Of a DNA stretch of 64,000 nt, positions 27,940 to 41,529 are shown in pieces. This stretch comes from Callorhinchus milii. Taxonomy: Eukaryota. Positions within the stretch are counted from its first letter, which is position 1. The number at the start of each line of letters is the position of its first letter. The notes under the pieces were generated by a model, which ran no database searches, was not told where the DNA came from, and saw only the letters and a program-made list of their open reading frames with translations. Position numbers and translations under genes: made by a program. The DNA is taken from the NCBI RefSeq assembly GCF_018977255.1, contig NW_024704742.1:61196001-61260000 (forward strand). Direction: 5' to 3'.

Positions 27940-28265
27940 TGCAACCCTACTGACCTGGCCACTTCCTTCGCTCAGGCTGCTTTATGTCCGCTGCCCTATC
28001 CGTCCCAGAGTTGGCGAGCGGCAGACAGCCATTCTGTCCTCACTCTCTGAAACTCCATCCCGGGGAGTCCCTCTGACTCCCTCCCTTCCTCCCTACCTCT
28101 TATTCAAGATCTATCTCAAAACATACTTCTTTGACCATGCTTTGGATCATCTTTCACTTCCCCACCCTCCTCAGCTCCCAACCCAGTTTAGGAGCACAGA
28201 TGGTGGTGCCAAGTGCTATGAGCCCTCTCCCATGACGTGAAAGGTGTTATAGAAATATGAATTAT
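27940..28265 (+). mobile_element. Old L2 3' fragment
   Basis: ctcaaaacatacttctttgaccatgc and degenerate tail gacgtgaaaggtgttatagaaat. Confidence 0.7.
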
Positions 28266-31200
28266 TACAATACAATACAAAATTATATTTGTACCTCACC
28301 TTTCACATCGAAAGGACATCCCAAGGCACTGGACAGTCAGGGATTATTGTTCTGTATTAATGTTCCATCACGTACCATGGGATTTAAACATTTTGAAATC
28401 ATTAATAGCTTTTGTTTTGTGTAACAAACTACAAAATATCCTGTAGTTTTGTCAGCCAACTTCATATTATTACAAATTTGAATAATTCGGAATATGTAGT
28501 GCTCCGAGATTGTTGTTTCTGTGTCTGTTGCTGTATCAAACAGTCTGTAAATCAGTAGCAATATATTTTGTAATGTGCATTGAGTTCAGGACTTTGCCCT
28601 CAGCCTGTATAATGTAAAAAATACTATGGGATAGTTACAGTTCAAGAATGTTGAGAATAGATCAGGCCGTCATATTAATATTATGTGATGACTGTATGTG
28701 TCCTGAAATTGGATTCTCCGATTTTTCCTTTTAGATGTTTGCAGTGCAGTGGTTAATGGCGTTGAGCCCATCTGGAGGAGAATTGCTTAAAAATTCTAAC
28801 CTAATCAGCTCAATTTTATGAAGAGTCTTGGTTTTAGATGTACAAAAATTATGCCTTTGTTGTCACTGGGCTATCTCGAGACCCCTGATGTCGAGAGGTT
28901 TTCTAACTAATTGTTGTTAAATGCTTTTAAAAGGTCTTAGAGAATCAATTTTGCTCCAACGATTAGTGTAATATGTGCATGAATTCTGATATGCTAATGA
29001 TAGGGCCTGTCATTGTGTCGTAACATCAAATTTGAGGAGAAAAAATGTCTCCCAGATGTCAGGAGCTGCTTTTTCCTCCTCCCCTCGCCTCCAAGGCTGA
29101 AAGGCTGAGTAATTTGTTGGTTTATCTAAAATATTGTGGGATTTAAGACAAGAAGAGAATAAATGCAGACTCCCATTTAATCAATAATCATATCAGTTTT
29201 CACCTAACTGTTATTGGTCAATATGTTTCCTTAAAACCTAAGTATAGAGTTTTACCCAAGGCCAGTACCTCTTGATATGTTTCTAGTGCTGTACACATTG
29301 ATCAAAGCAGAAGAAATGGATAATGACATTTCTCACAGCATTCAATTCTTGATAGTCTCCTTCAACAGTGCTCTGTAAAATGAATTGTTGTCTGCATGTA
29401 ATCCTATTAAAATGAAAAGGGAGCTATTAAGCGAGAGAGGACTTTTTAAAATCAGTGCTCTGTATGAATCATAAAGCAGGTAGAATATGAGTCTGACATT
29501 TTAATGTATTTTGATTATGGTTGTGGGTATTCTTTTTGTTTAAAAAAAATTCAATTAGCGGAGATGGTATTTCTGATGGACTGCAATTATTGCAATTACT
29601 GCAATTCTTCGTTTTGCTGTTGCAATGGAAAATTTGGATCTTTGGTTTTAGCATTTCATTTGTTTCCACCTGCAGCACAGCATTTCATTTTTAAATAGCT
29701 GCCACTCCCTTTGCCATTTGACTGTTTATCAAAAGTCTGGCTTGAGGCTTTGCTGACGAAATGTCCACAGAGCTGTCCAGGGATCGGAAGTTCTGAATTT
29801 GGGACTCGGGCTAGAATATTTAAGTAGTAAAACAGATGAATCAGTGGAGGGGTAAGGGAATTGGCGTCCATCTTAAGAAACGCCTTGGAGACAGGATTAA
29901 AAGGGCAAAAGTGCAGACATTATAATTATTCAGAAACTGTTAATATGCTGCTGATGAGCAGCAGAACCAAATCTAAATTGCATTTCAAGAGGTGCATAGT
30001 CTGTAATCGTACCATTGTAGCTGTAGAGCTGGCTTGCATTCTGCCTTCAAATTAGAGGTTTTCCTGCTCTTCAGATTTATAATTTGCTACATATATAGGT
30101 TTTTTAAATTTATAATGAACTTTATGCATCTATAGAACACTGTGAATGGAATCATAAAATATATAATCCATATAGTATTGAAGATGCAGATTTTTTTTAA
30201 CACTGGACAGATGGTCCTGATGCAAATTTTGATGAAATAACCTCCTGATTTCTAACAGATGCTGTAATTGGCTTTGGTTAATATGCACGTATTAATGTTA
30301 TTGTCTAGCCAGTCACGTGAGGTTTAAGAAATAGTTTTTGTATCCAAAGACTTGATATTAAAAATTGAGTTTGTTTACAGGCAAATGGTAGCACTGAGGA
30401 TGTGTTTTTCTTCGTCTCTAATATTAACGGCAAGCAGTGCCAGGTCAGATGGTGTAGGGGCTCCTGCAATGCTGCCCTGCTGTGCTTCAGCTGTCTCATT
30501 GTTTTGTTCCAAGCCCAGATATATAACATTTTAAATACATACCTTATCACCTTTAATCACAAATTGTGTACAGGTAAGCAATTCATTTCCTACCATGAAG
30601 CATAATGTCTTCTCAAGCTTAATATAAAGGTAACTGTGTGCAGCAGTGGGACTTGTCCATTTGGCGCTCTGGCTTGCAGGGTTGAGGACATTTATTCTTC
30701 CAAGTGTCATGGGACGTCTGGTGGATGATCTGGACAGGTTGGTCAGCCATCAAGTGTTCTTTTAATGTTGATCTATCTGCTGTATCTCCTAAGAACTAGT
30801 TCAGCTCTAGGGAATCCTCTGCGTCAAGCTGAAAGTGTAAGCGCAACATCAAAAACAAAACCTGGCTTTATACATTCATTCTACAGCTATAAAATGAAAG
30901 TGTTATTTTTTTCCATTTCACCTTCCCAATATGAAAAGCATTGGTTGAAATTAATTTCCCTATGGCAACTTTGGCAAAGAATCTAGTTGCTGTTCTTGTA
31001 GCTTCAGGATTAATTGCTATGAATAAATTAGCATACAGCATTAGATATTTGAGGAGATTTCTGTTCAATGCTAGTTTTATTGAAGAGCTATAAATCGAGC
31101 AACTTAATGAATTAGATTTTCTGGAAACTAACCGTTTTTCAGTGTTTTATTTGGTTGTAACTGGTTTATTGCAATAATAGAATGGAATTAAGATTTCAGA

Positions 31201-31639
31201 ATTTCATTTATTCAGCAGCAACTTTCATTCATATAGTGTCCCTTACTTAGAATAATGTCTCTGAGCACTTTACAATGGGCCTGACAATGAGCAAGGGAGA
31301 AGAGGGTTAGGGGGAGGTGACATAAGCAGAGTCAAAGAGGGTAGGTTTTAGGTGGAATGAAAAGACACATAGAGAGGAAGTGAGATGGAGGGATTGAGAC
31401 ATTCAGTTCCAGAGTTTAAGGGCATAGTGACTTAACGCTCAGTGTTTAGGTGCCCAGCTGTAGTATACAGGGATCAATATATAACCTCTCAGGTCAACCC
31501 ACTGGACCACGTCCCGGGATTCCTTCTTTGACCCCAATGTTGCTTTGGAGACCATGTTGAAATGAGAGTGGTGTTCAGGAGGACATGTTGGACTATATAT
31601 TTTGTTTATTAATCTTTATTCCCCTCTGCATTTGGTTAA

Positions 31640-31920
31640 ACCAAGATCCATTTTGCCTGTTCTGGTGGATGTTATAGATCCCATGGCACAATTTGAAAAA
31701 GGAAGGGAGTTTCTCCCAGTGTGCTGGCCAACAAAACACCAAATAAAATTGGTCACTCACTCTATGGCTTTTTGTGGGACATTGCTCTGTGCAACTGGCT
31801 GCCGTTTTTCGCCCACAAAATACACAGTCAATTCACTTTACAATATATTCTGTGAAGTACTTTGAGTCTTCTTGATGATGTGTTTAAGGTGCTTTATCAA
31901 ATGCAAGGATTATTATAATT
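31640..31920 (+). mobile_element. Truncated older Deu SINE
   Basis: Deu core tttgtgggacattgctctgtgcaactggctgccg and tail tcaaatgcaaggattatt. Confidence 0.8.
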
Positions 31921-31955
31921 ATTTCTCTTAATAGTCATGCATACACCCCAGCTAA

Positions 31956-32267
31956 GGAGTCCTGTAGCTCAGTGGTTAGAGCACTTGCTTTGCAAGCGAG
32001 AGACCCGAGTTCAATTCCAGGCAGGGCGAAACCTTGGGCAAGTTTCCTTACTCCACACGCCTAATAATAATCCCTCCAAAACCAAAAACAATAATAAATT
32101 GGTCATTTTCAATCTACGACTGTTTGTGGGACATTGCTGTGCGCAATTGGCTGCCGCTTTCGCCCACAAATATACAGTCAATTCACTTTACAGTGTGTTC
32201 TGTGAAGCGCTTTGGGACGTCCTCCTGGCGTGAAAAGCGCTATATCAAATGCAAGGATTATTATTAT
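31956..32267 (+). mobile_element. Full-length tRNA-derived SINE, same young subfamily
   Basis: Near-identical to 18443-18762. Confidence 0.93.
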
Positions 32268-33275
32268 AAGGTAGTTGGGGGGAAGAGGAGTTCAGTGGAG
32301 ATTCTCCCTTTGGTGCAGCTCTGGTTACAAGGGTACGGGTGGGTTGTCGCCATTATTCCTATGTTCAAATTCTCTACCTAGTGACTTAACAGTTTTCATT
32401 AACTATTGGTGTGTGGGTTTACCTGTCCGATTAATCAGGTCACAGCACATTATAAAGCAAGCCTCTTAAACCAATATCCTATTGATCTGCTTTCAAAAGA
32501 GTGTTGCTGAGTAATCTTCTCTGAATAGACTTAAAAAGATCTTTCTTATATATGTGGTCCTGCCATAAAACACCGTAGTTTTTAGTCTTGTATAAATTAT
32601 TATTGCAATATAGTAATGAATACATATTGTATTATTGCAATTTAGAATATTTATGTAATTATATAAGAAGCTATGTTTTCTATTTTATTACTCTTACATT
32701 GCAGTTAAATATGATTAGAGATTTCTGATTTGGTGAATAGTCAGGTATCATGGGTACTGTTCATGAACATAATTACTGTAGTTTTAATTTTATTAAAATG
32801 TATTTTCCCATTGCAAATTGATGGGTCTTCCTAACAGAGGGATAATTAGCTTTCACCATCATTTCCAGTGTGGTGTTAAGACGTGATAAGATGAAAAATC
32901 AATTGCAAGGATTATTATTAGAATCACATAATTGTACAGCTCAGAAGCTGGCCATTCGGCCCATTGTGCCTGTGCAGGCTCTTCTTATTATTAGTAGTAA
33001 TATTATTAATACTAACCTTCCCAAATCTGTTGTGAAGCAGTGGAGTTGTCGTTAAATCAACTTTGTCTTTCAGTTACTGAGTTTTAGAAGAGTCAGTTGT
33101 ATGTGCTCAATTTGGAGTGTTGACCTGATTCAATAGGAGGGGGGAAGGTTTTGGGGTCTATTTATCAATTCACTTAATATTTGGTGCATCAAATGAATCT
33201 GGATATGCAATACAATTCACACTCATATACAGCCTTTCCCCTTGGGAAGATGTCTCATGGGGCTTCAAATGTGTA

Positions 33276-34074
33276 TAATAATAATATTCCTTGCATTTGA
33301 TATAGCGCCTTACCAGGTCGTTGAGACGTCTCAAAGCGCTTCACAGAATATAGCGTAAAGTGAATTGACTGTATATTTTGTGGGCAAAATGCAGCAACCA
33401 ATTATAATAATATAATAATCCTCGCATTCGATATAGAGCTTTTCACGTCGGGAGGATGTCCCAAAGCGCTTCACAGAACACACTGTAAAGTGAATTGACT
33501 GTATATTTGTGGGCGAAGGGGGCAGCCAATTGCGCACAGCAATGTCCCACAAACAGTCATATGGATTGAAAATGACCAATTTATTATTGTTTTTTTTGTT
33601 TTTTTGGAGGGATTATTATTATATTATATACAGTATATTCTGTGAAGCGCTTTGGGACGTCCTCCCGACATGAAAAGCGCTATATCAAATGCAAGGATTA
33701 TTATTATTATTATTATTATTATTAGGCGTGTGGAGTAAGGAAACTTGCCCAAGGTTTCGCCCTGCCTGGAATTGAACTCAGGTCTCTCACTTGCAAAGCG
33801 AGTGATCTAACCACTGAGCTACAGGCACAGGACACAGCAGTGTCCCACAAATGGTTTTGGATTGAGTGACCAATTTATTATATATTTTTGGAATGGATTA
33901 TTACCCTCGTAATGTGATCTGCCACTAACCTATCAACCAGGTTCCTAATTATTGCTAGCTAAATAGAGACATGCGGGAAAAGAAATCTTGCCTAAGATTT
34001 CACCCTCCTCGGGAATCGAACCTGGGTTCTCTCACTTGTGAGGTGAGTGCACTAAACCAATATGCTACAGGACT
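33276..34074 (-). mobile_element. Nested SINE cluster (old long SINE containing a young SINE containing an inverted SINE tail)
   Basis: Segments align piecewise to the SINEs at 35378 and 31956; see findings. Confidence 0.88.
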
Positions 34075-34609
34075 AAGTATGTGCATATTGTATTCACCCC
34101 CAGCTCCGTTTGCAATGGAGAAATCCACAGTGTTCAACCAAATGCATTGAATTTCTGGATTTCGACCTGCTGCTGCTGCTGGGGAAGGTTTGAGATATTC
34201 TTGTTTACTTAAAAAGTCAGTTTTTTATTTCACATCAAATGAGATTAATCTAAAAGTGGCCAGTGCAATATGAAAGAGGCTTGTCATTCTACCTCAGCAC
34301 TGGGGGATTTCTGTTACGGTCTCTATCTCTCTCTCCTGACATTAGTTTTGTGGTAATTTATTTTAAAAAATGTTTTTCATTAACATAATTTAAAATAATC
34401 GTAATTACAAAATTAAGATGTAAATTAGCTGAGATTAATTATTGCACATGCTCCACAATGCAATAAAATGCTGAAAGCATGTTGGTTTTGTTTCAATCGA
34501 TGGAAGTTGTTTTAGAATACCAACTACTTCACCTTCGAGAATAAATAAACTAATCTAATTCATTTTAATATAGGTTTATTTAAAGCTAGTGCCACAAGAA
34601 TGGTTTTCA

Positions 34610-34830
34610 AGAATGGAATTCCATTCCCCAGTCACTCCGCCTCGCCCCCTCCTTAGCCTCCTTCAAGTCCCGCCTCAAGACCCTCCTCTTCGACCATGCC
34701 ATCGGTTACCCCCCTTCCCCTCCCTTCTCCCCCGTGACCCCAGCTCGGGTCTGAAATGCTGTACACTGTCCAGCGCCTTGGGTCGTCCTCCCACATGAAA
34801 GGCGCTATACAAATGTAATCTTCTTCTTGT
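34610..34830 (+). mobile_element. L2 3' fragment
   Basis: ctcaagaccctcctcttcgaccatgcc and tail cagcgccttggg...tgaaaggcgctatacaaatgtaatcttcttc. Confidence 0.83.
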
Positions 34831-35377
34831 TTTGGGACCCTTTTGACTTGTCTGAAAGAATATAGCAGTACTGCTTCTGCAGTATCCTTGTAGTCACTTG
34901 CACGAACGAAAGGACTTATTTAAATTGGTGCAACTATGCAGAGATTCATTGTTCTAGAGAACAGTATAGAAACCATGCAACATAATCAAAATTGGCTATT
35001 TCCTAGAGAGCCGACCAGTCCAGCTCAGGAGATGGGTATAATCAATATTGCTCTTTTCGTTTAGATAATCGTTTGGTGTATACAATCCCATCTGCCTGTT
35101 CAGCTTGAAATTAACGATCCTACTGTTTGACAAGAGAAGGGAGTTTCTCATGGTGTGCTGACCAACAATCCTCCAGATACAATAATAATCCTTGCATTTG
35201 ATATAGCGCCTTATCACGTCTTCGAGATGTCTCAAAGCATTTCACAAAATATACTGTAAAGTGAATTGACTGTATATATTTTGTTGGCGAAGTGCGGCAG
35301 CCAATTGCGCACATCATTAACACACTATATCAAATACAATGATTATTATTTTTTATTACAATAGCACCAACTTGCTT

Positions 35378-35753
35378 GGAGTCCTGTAGCTCAGTCGTTA
35401 GAGCACTCACCTTGCAAGCGAGAAACCTCGGTTCAATTCCCAGCAGAGTTAAATGTTGGGCATGTTTCCTTAGTCCATATAGCTCTGATTACCTCGTAGT
35501 AAGTAGGAACCTGGTTTTTAGTCGATTGGCGGATTGCTTTTTCAGGGTAATAATTCCTTTACAATTTTTTAAAAAAATATAATAATTTGGCCACTCAATC
35601 CACAACTGTTTGTGGGACACTACTGTGTGCCATTGGCTGCCGCGTTTCGGCCACAGAATAGTCAATTCACTTTACCGTATATTCTGTGAAGTGGTTTGAG
35701 AAGACTCAAAGACTTGATAAGGCTTAATATCAAATGCAAGGATTATTATTATT
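35378..35753 (+). mobile_element. Full-length tRNA-derived SINE, longer and older subfamily
   Basis: Same tRNA head (ggagtcctgtagctcag...gttcaattcc), an extra internal segment at about 35480-35548, and a tgataagg-type tail. Confidence 0.88.
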
Positions 35754-38319
35754 ATAATTATTGATTTTCTAATGCTTTTGTAATAAATCTTCCAGTTCCT
35801 ATTAGAAATGTGCTGTTCTATTACTCCATTCATCTTTTTGGTTAACGTTTAATTGCCTTTTATATGTGCGTTCCTAGTCTTCATTACTGTTTTAAATCAA
35901 ACATAAATTACACATTCTGTGGAACTAATATATTAAAAAATGCATTCAGTGAAATTGTTTGCTAGATTGGCCAGAAACCGTTCCTTATGTCATAGTTTGC
36001 CAATCTTGAAGGCTGAACAATGAAACAAAGCGCACTGAATATGATGCTTTGAGAAAGTGCTGACTGGAATATAAATAATACAAGATGAGTGATGAATAAC
36101 TAACACTTGCAAAATGTTCTTTATATTACAGTGAGTGTTTGCTCATCTAACTTCTTTGCAATATTGCTGTATTTCCTCTTCAAACACAATCCCTTTCTGT
36201 GGGAGTTGATGGAAAACAATCAATTTAAATCCAGTAAAAATAAATACCTTCACATAAAAGGATGGCAGGCGATAGATTCAGATTAATTTGGTAAAACACA
36301 TATTACCATTCATTGGAGTATGCTTGTATATTATATACTGAAATGCAGCATCCTCCCATTCTTTAATAATGTACTGTAATGTTACAGTGCATTACAGTGC
36401 AATGTTACAGTACATTTTTAAAGAACTTTTGCTATTGTCTGTAAATTTTAAACATATTTCTGAAATATATAGACTTAAAGTGTATTATTAAAACTAGGTC
36501 AGCAATTATAATACCCACAAGAATAATTCAGTGACTCCCCTGTCACACTGGTGGTAATATGTGTGTTTGGATATTATCCACTGCAATCTGTGGAAATGTA
36601 ATACATTTCATACAAACTGGTGAAATAATAGATCCATTTTGTATCCAGTGGATGACCAATATTAATTGCCCACACTTGTGAAGCTAAGCTTTAGTATATC
36701 AACAAAAAAAGCAAACTTGTTTATTAACCTATTTTCACAGTATATGTAACATAATAATACAAATAATAATCCTTGCATTTGGTGTAGTGTATTTCGTGTC
36801 AGGAGAATTCTGAAAGTGTTTTACAGCATATACAGCAAAGTGTAGTGACTATTGTCTAGATGACATCTCTCTTTTTGAAAAATAAGTATAACAAAACATC
36901 TAGTTTTACCAAAAAATAATACACAGAGCTGTTTAGGAAAATGTTTAAAGTGGGGGAAAACATTTTTATCTCTCTCTTTCAAATTCTTGTAACATTTAGT
37001 TGCATTATTTTCATTAGAAGATAGCTGTGATCAAATAACTGCTAAGTAATTTTAAAAAAAGACCTGAATTAAGTTTTTAGATCATAATTTGGTTATCTTA
37101 ATATAATTGAAGGGTTAAGTATTGATAGACTGCTTCACTCACTGGAAGACCTGAGTTTGAACCCAGCCGTAACTGACATTAGCACTCAAGATGTAAAGCT
37201 TCACCAATAACTGTCCTTTACCCTTTCAACCAATCATTGGGGGATCCAAGAGGGATGGCTGTTAATGCCAGGAGATGGAGATTAAAGCCAGAAAATCACT
37301 ATAGGGAATTGAAGAGGGAACGTTACCACTGATGCTCTGATATCTCTTCCAGCAGGGGATATGGCTTTGTGATTTGTTGATTACGCCGCAATTATTTTCG
37401 ACTATTCATCCAATTCTGCAAGATTCAGTACAATGAGCATTTTAACATCTTTGATAAATCTTTAAGAGATGGAACAGATTATCATTGATTTCTGAAAAAG
37501 GGAATGGCATGAGGCCACTGTATAGTGCTAATGAAACCTTACTACCAGAATTGAAAGATCGATGAGGCAGAAGCTTGCATCAGGCATTCACTAATACTGT
37601 AGTGGCTCAGTCACTAGCTGAGGATCCAGTTAGTAAATGATAGTACTTGGCTACTGGCGGGAATCTCAGTCTTCTCCTGGGACTTTAAAGGGTGAAATCC
37701 CTATGTTGGCTGTTGCGTACTGATGGTTACTCCTAGGATTCCCCATCAGTCACTTTAAGATAATAAATTGGTGAAGATAACAACAGGGTGCTGGAAATAA
37801 AGGAAATGGGTGGGCAATTACACTGGGAAGAACTGAGGATCTTCTTGCTGGTTTGAAAATGGTTACTAATTTGCTTTGTTAATGCTTCATTCAGAAATAA
37901 GAGAACATTTTTTATTATAAGTTCTGCAACTTTTGGGTGTGAATCTAATCTCCAAAGCACTCACACCTCAGTCAAGGTTTACATGCTTCTGCTTACCAGA
38001 AGGAATCCCCCTCTGAAGAACTGTTTTTGAAAAAAAATGTTTAAGTTCTGTTAGAAATTGCTACTTATTAGACCCCACTGTCAAGTTCAGCCCAGCAACA
38101 AAAATGTAGCAGAAGCTTACTCATCTCTGAGCTGATTTTAAAAGCCTTCTCCTTTAAACACTGATCTATTAAAACTTCATGAACATCCTGCTATTTGCAG
38201 TTGATTCCTGGTTTACCTGAATCCTGGATGCTGTATGTTTCCTGACTTGTTTATGTTTGGAAGTTATGTAATAACATCACAAGATAAGGCCCAACCTCCC
38301 TTTGAAACACCAACGACTA

Positions 38320-38680
38320 TAATAATACTAATATATGCATTAGGTATAGCGCCTTTCACGTTGGGAGGACCTCCCAAAGCGCTTCACAGGATTTGCTGTG
38401 AAACGGAGAGACTATATTTTGTAGGCAAGTCAGGCAGCGAGTTTGTACATAGCAATAATTATATAATAATCCTTGCATTTAATACAGTGCCTTATCATAT
38501 TGTCGAGACATCTCAAAGCGCTTCACAGAATATACTGTAAATTGGCTTGACTGTCTATTTTGTGGGTGAACCGTGGCAGTCAGTTTGTGCAACGGAATGT
38601 CCTAAAAACAGTGATGGAGTGAGTGATTATTATTTGGGGGGTTGTTGGCCAGGACATTGGGAGAAACTCCCCACATCCCT
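38320..38680 (-). mobile_element. Two tandem truncated SINE 3' parts
   Basis: Two successive tails starting near 38320 (tatagcgcctttcacg) and 38463 (ataatccttgcattt). Confidence 0.78.
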
Positions 38681-39014
38681 CAAGCAAGTCTCTTACTAGA
38701 AAAAACAAGGTTTCTTGTGTCAATGTACCTTGTGTTTTTTTAAAGACTTTCCTCTGTGGTGACTGACTTGAGGAGACTCTCCTTAATGTAAAGTGAATTT
38801 CACCTTATTCCTTAAAGGACGTGGTTTGCATTTCATTACCCCATTTGTGTTTCACATCTATGAGAAAAAGCTATATTTTTCACTTTTCATGAGAGTGGGT
38901 AGCAATCTTTACTCTTATTGCACAGTTAGCAGGAATATTTTGAACATAACCCTTTGTTTAAAACCATTATTAGTGAAAATAAGTTTTAAATGATTTGCTT
39001 TCCTTCTCTCTCAG

Positions 39015-39207
39015 GGTGTTTTGAGTGCTGTATCAAGTGTCTCGGAGGCATTCCGTATGCATCCCTGATTGCCACCATCCTCCTGTATGCTGGTGTGGCA
39101 CTCTTCTGTGGCTGTGGCCATGAAGCTCTGTCTGGAACTGTCACAATTCTGCAGAACTACTTTGAGGTGGTCAGAGGTGCTGGTGACACCATAGATGTCT
39201 TCACTAT
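39015..39207 (+). CDS. GPM6A: GPM6A coding exon 2 (193 bp; palmitoylation Cys cluster, TM1, first extracellular loop)
   Basis: Acceptor ttccttctctctcAG|GG TGT (phase 1) and donor ACT AT|gtaagt. Translates (G)[63 protein letters not shown](M), nearly identical to vertebrate M6a as recalled. Confidence 0.97.
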
Positions 39208-41372
39208 GTAAGTAATTCCTGGCTACTGTTTTGAAATAAGAATCCAGTTTATATGTTTGATGTTGGCTGGAGATTTGATTGTACAAAATATGGTCGTCTG
39301 TTTCCAATACACCGTGTCAGTTTAGCTCAGACAGTATTCTATTTAAAAAGGTTGTGGGTCGGTGCTCCTCCACGGCTTGAGTTTATAATCTAAAGTGAAG
39401 CGCCAACATGATACTGAAGCATACTCTATTACTGGAGGTGTCATCCTTAAGATGAGTCAGTATTGAAGATACTGAAGGACATTGATATTGATATTGAAGG
39501 ACATTGAAGATCCTATAATATTGCTTCTATAGTCCTGATCAGTGTTCCTCCATCTTTCATCATCCAAATTCTCCCTCCCTCACCCCCCCGCCCCCACAGA
39601 AAAAAAATCTGTGATACCGCCCATTGTTGATGTAAAGTACTTTAGTTGCTTTGGTTGTCTAAGTAATTGCATGTTGCTTCACTGAAGCAGCTACGATTAA
39701 ATTATAATGGAACATTCACAATTGAAAGTAACAGATTTGAGTGAAGGACAGTGTTGGAAATCAAAGCTGTGACTTCTAGACCTGAATGAGTGTTCTTCTC
39801 TTACTGCTTTAATACTGGGGGCCCGGATTCAATACAAAGTGCAAAAAACATTCAATAGGGCAAGTTTACTTTTCTAAAGAATGAACCAATGAGGAAGTGT
39901 TAGCGTGTTTCAGGGCTGCTTCTTTTACTTCATTTGGAGCTGATTAACAGTCCTTGTAATTGATATAGGGCCTTTCACATTGGGAAGGATCTCAAAGCGC
40001 TTCACAGGATTTATTATAAAGTATAGTTACTGTGTATTTTGTAGGCAAATGTGACAGTGAATTAACACACAGCAATATCCCACAAACAGTCATGAAGTTA
40101 ATGACCAATTTTATCTGGGGGATTGTTGGCCACGACATCCTCACTTTTCAAATAGGGCCATAGGTTCTTTCATGTCAATCTAAATAAGCAGACAGGACCC
40201 TATCTGAAGGATAGCACCTCTGAATGCAGTGTCTCTCTCAGTACTGCTCTGCATGTCAGCCTACAGACTATGAAGTTAAACTCCTGACACAGGGGCAATA
40301 TGAGCGAAAAATAAGACTGCCCTCAAACCACAGAATGCTGGGATAGCCAGCTGTTACAGTGCTTGAAGACAATGCTGTGGATGAATATAACTGCTCATTG
40401 CTACAGAAGTGGAGAGATTAGATCATTGCGTTTCTCATGAACAGGAACATCTTTCATCAAATCAGAATTTAAGTGGCTTCTCTCATCAGATCTAGTGTGC
40501 GAATTGAAACATGCCTGTCTGATAATCTAGTGCTTAGATCCTTGGTTAATCAGACATCTTGTTCAAGATACCCTTTTCCCCCATATTTCCTGGTGTTTGT
40601 TTTCCTGCATAATATGATAAATACAAACAATACTATTACCGATACTACTACTAATAATGGTATTAATCCTTGCATTTGATGTAGTGCCTTTCACGTCTAG
40701 AGGACATCTCAAAGTGCATTGCAGGATACACTTGTAGGCAAACAAGTGAAAATATACAGAGCACATATATATTTACACAATTTTTATTTATGAAATGTGC
40801 TTGGATAAAATGCTGCAAATGGATTTTGTCAACTTTACTGAAACCATTTGAATGAAGGAAAGAAGTGCTGATACATGGATTAAGTTCTCTGGTTATTTTG
40901 GATCAATATATGGCTTGGTACTGATAATCTCTTTTGTTTGCCTCCCTTATTTTTAGAAGACATTATTTCACTTCTCTGCATAAGTGAACAGTTCTCATTT
41001 AATACGCTGTTTTTTTCTGACAGTGGAGACGCAAGTCTATAAACTGTATGGGCTTGAATTGGACAGAATTTGGATGCCGTCTAATTTGAGCTGTTCACAA
41101 AATATCTGTCTATTTGGCATCCAGTGCCTTTGGACGTCCTTCTGAGGTGAAAGGCACATGCAATTTGGTTTTGTATTTCCATGAGGTGGGTAGTGTGAAA
41201 AAAGGAAAGGGGAGAAAGAGAGCATTATAGGCAGTATATTAAAGAAATCTTAAAGTATATACTGTACCAAAACGACACAAAGAGAAATTTCTCTCTAAAC
41301 CACTAGCTTAGATGTGCATGGGTTGATCATCTATAGTAATTTTGCCATGACTCTTAAAATCTGCTCCTGCAG

Positions 41373-41529
41373 GATTGATATCTTCAAGTATGTCATCTAT
41401 GGAGTGGCAGCTGCCTTCTTTGTCTATGGCATTCTGTTGATGGTTGAGGGATTTTTCACAACTGGTGCCATTAAGGATCTCTATGGAGATTTCAAAATCA
41501 CCACCTGTGGCCGATGTGTTAGTGGCTGG
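41373..41529 (+). CDS. GPM6A: GPM6A coding exon 3 (157 bp; TM2 and intracellular loop)
   Basis: Acceptor ctcctgcAG|G ATT completes the Met codon split from exon 2; donor TGG|gtaagt. Translates IDIFKYVIYGVAAAFFVYGILLMVEGFFTTGAIKDLYGDFKITTCGRCVSGW. Confidence 0.97.
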
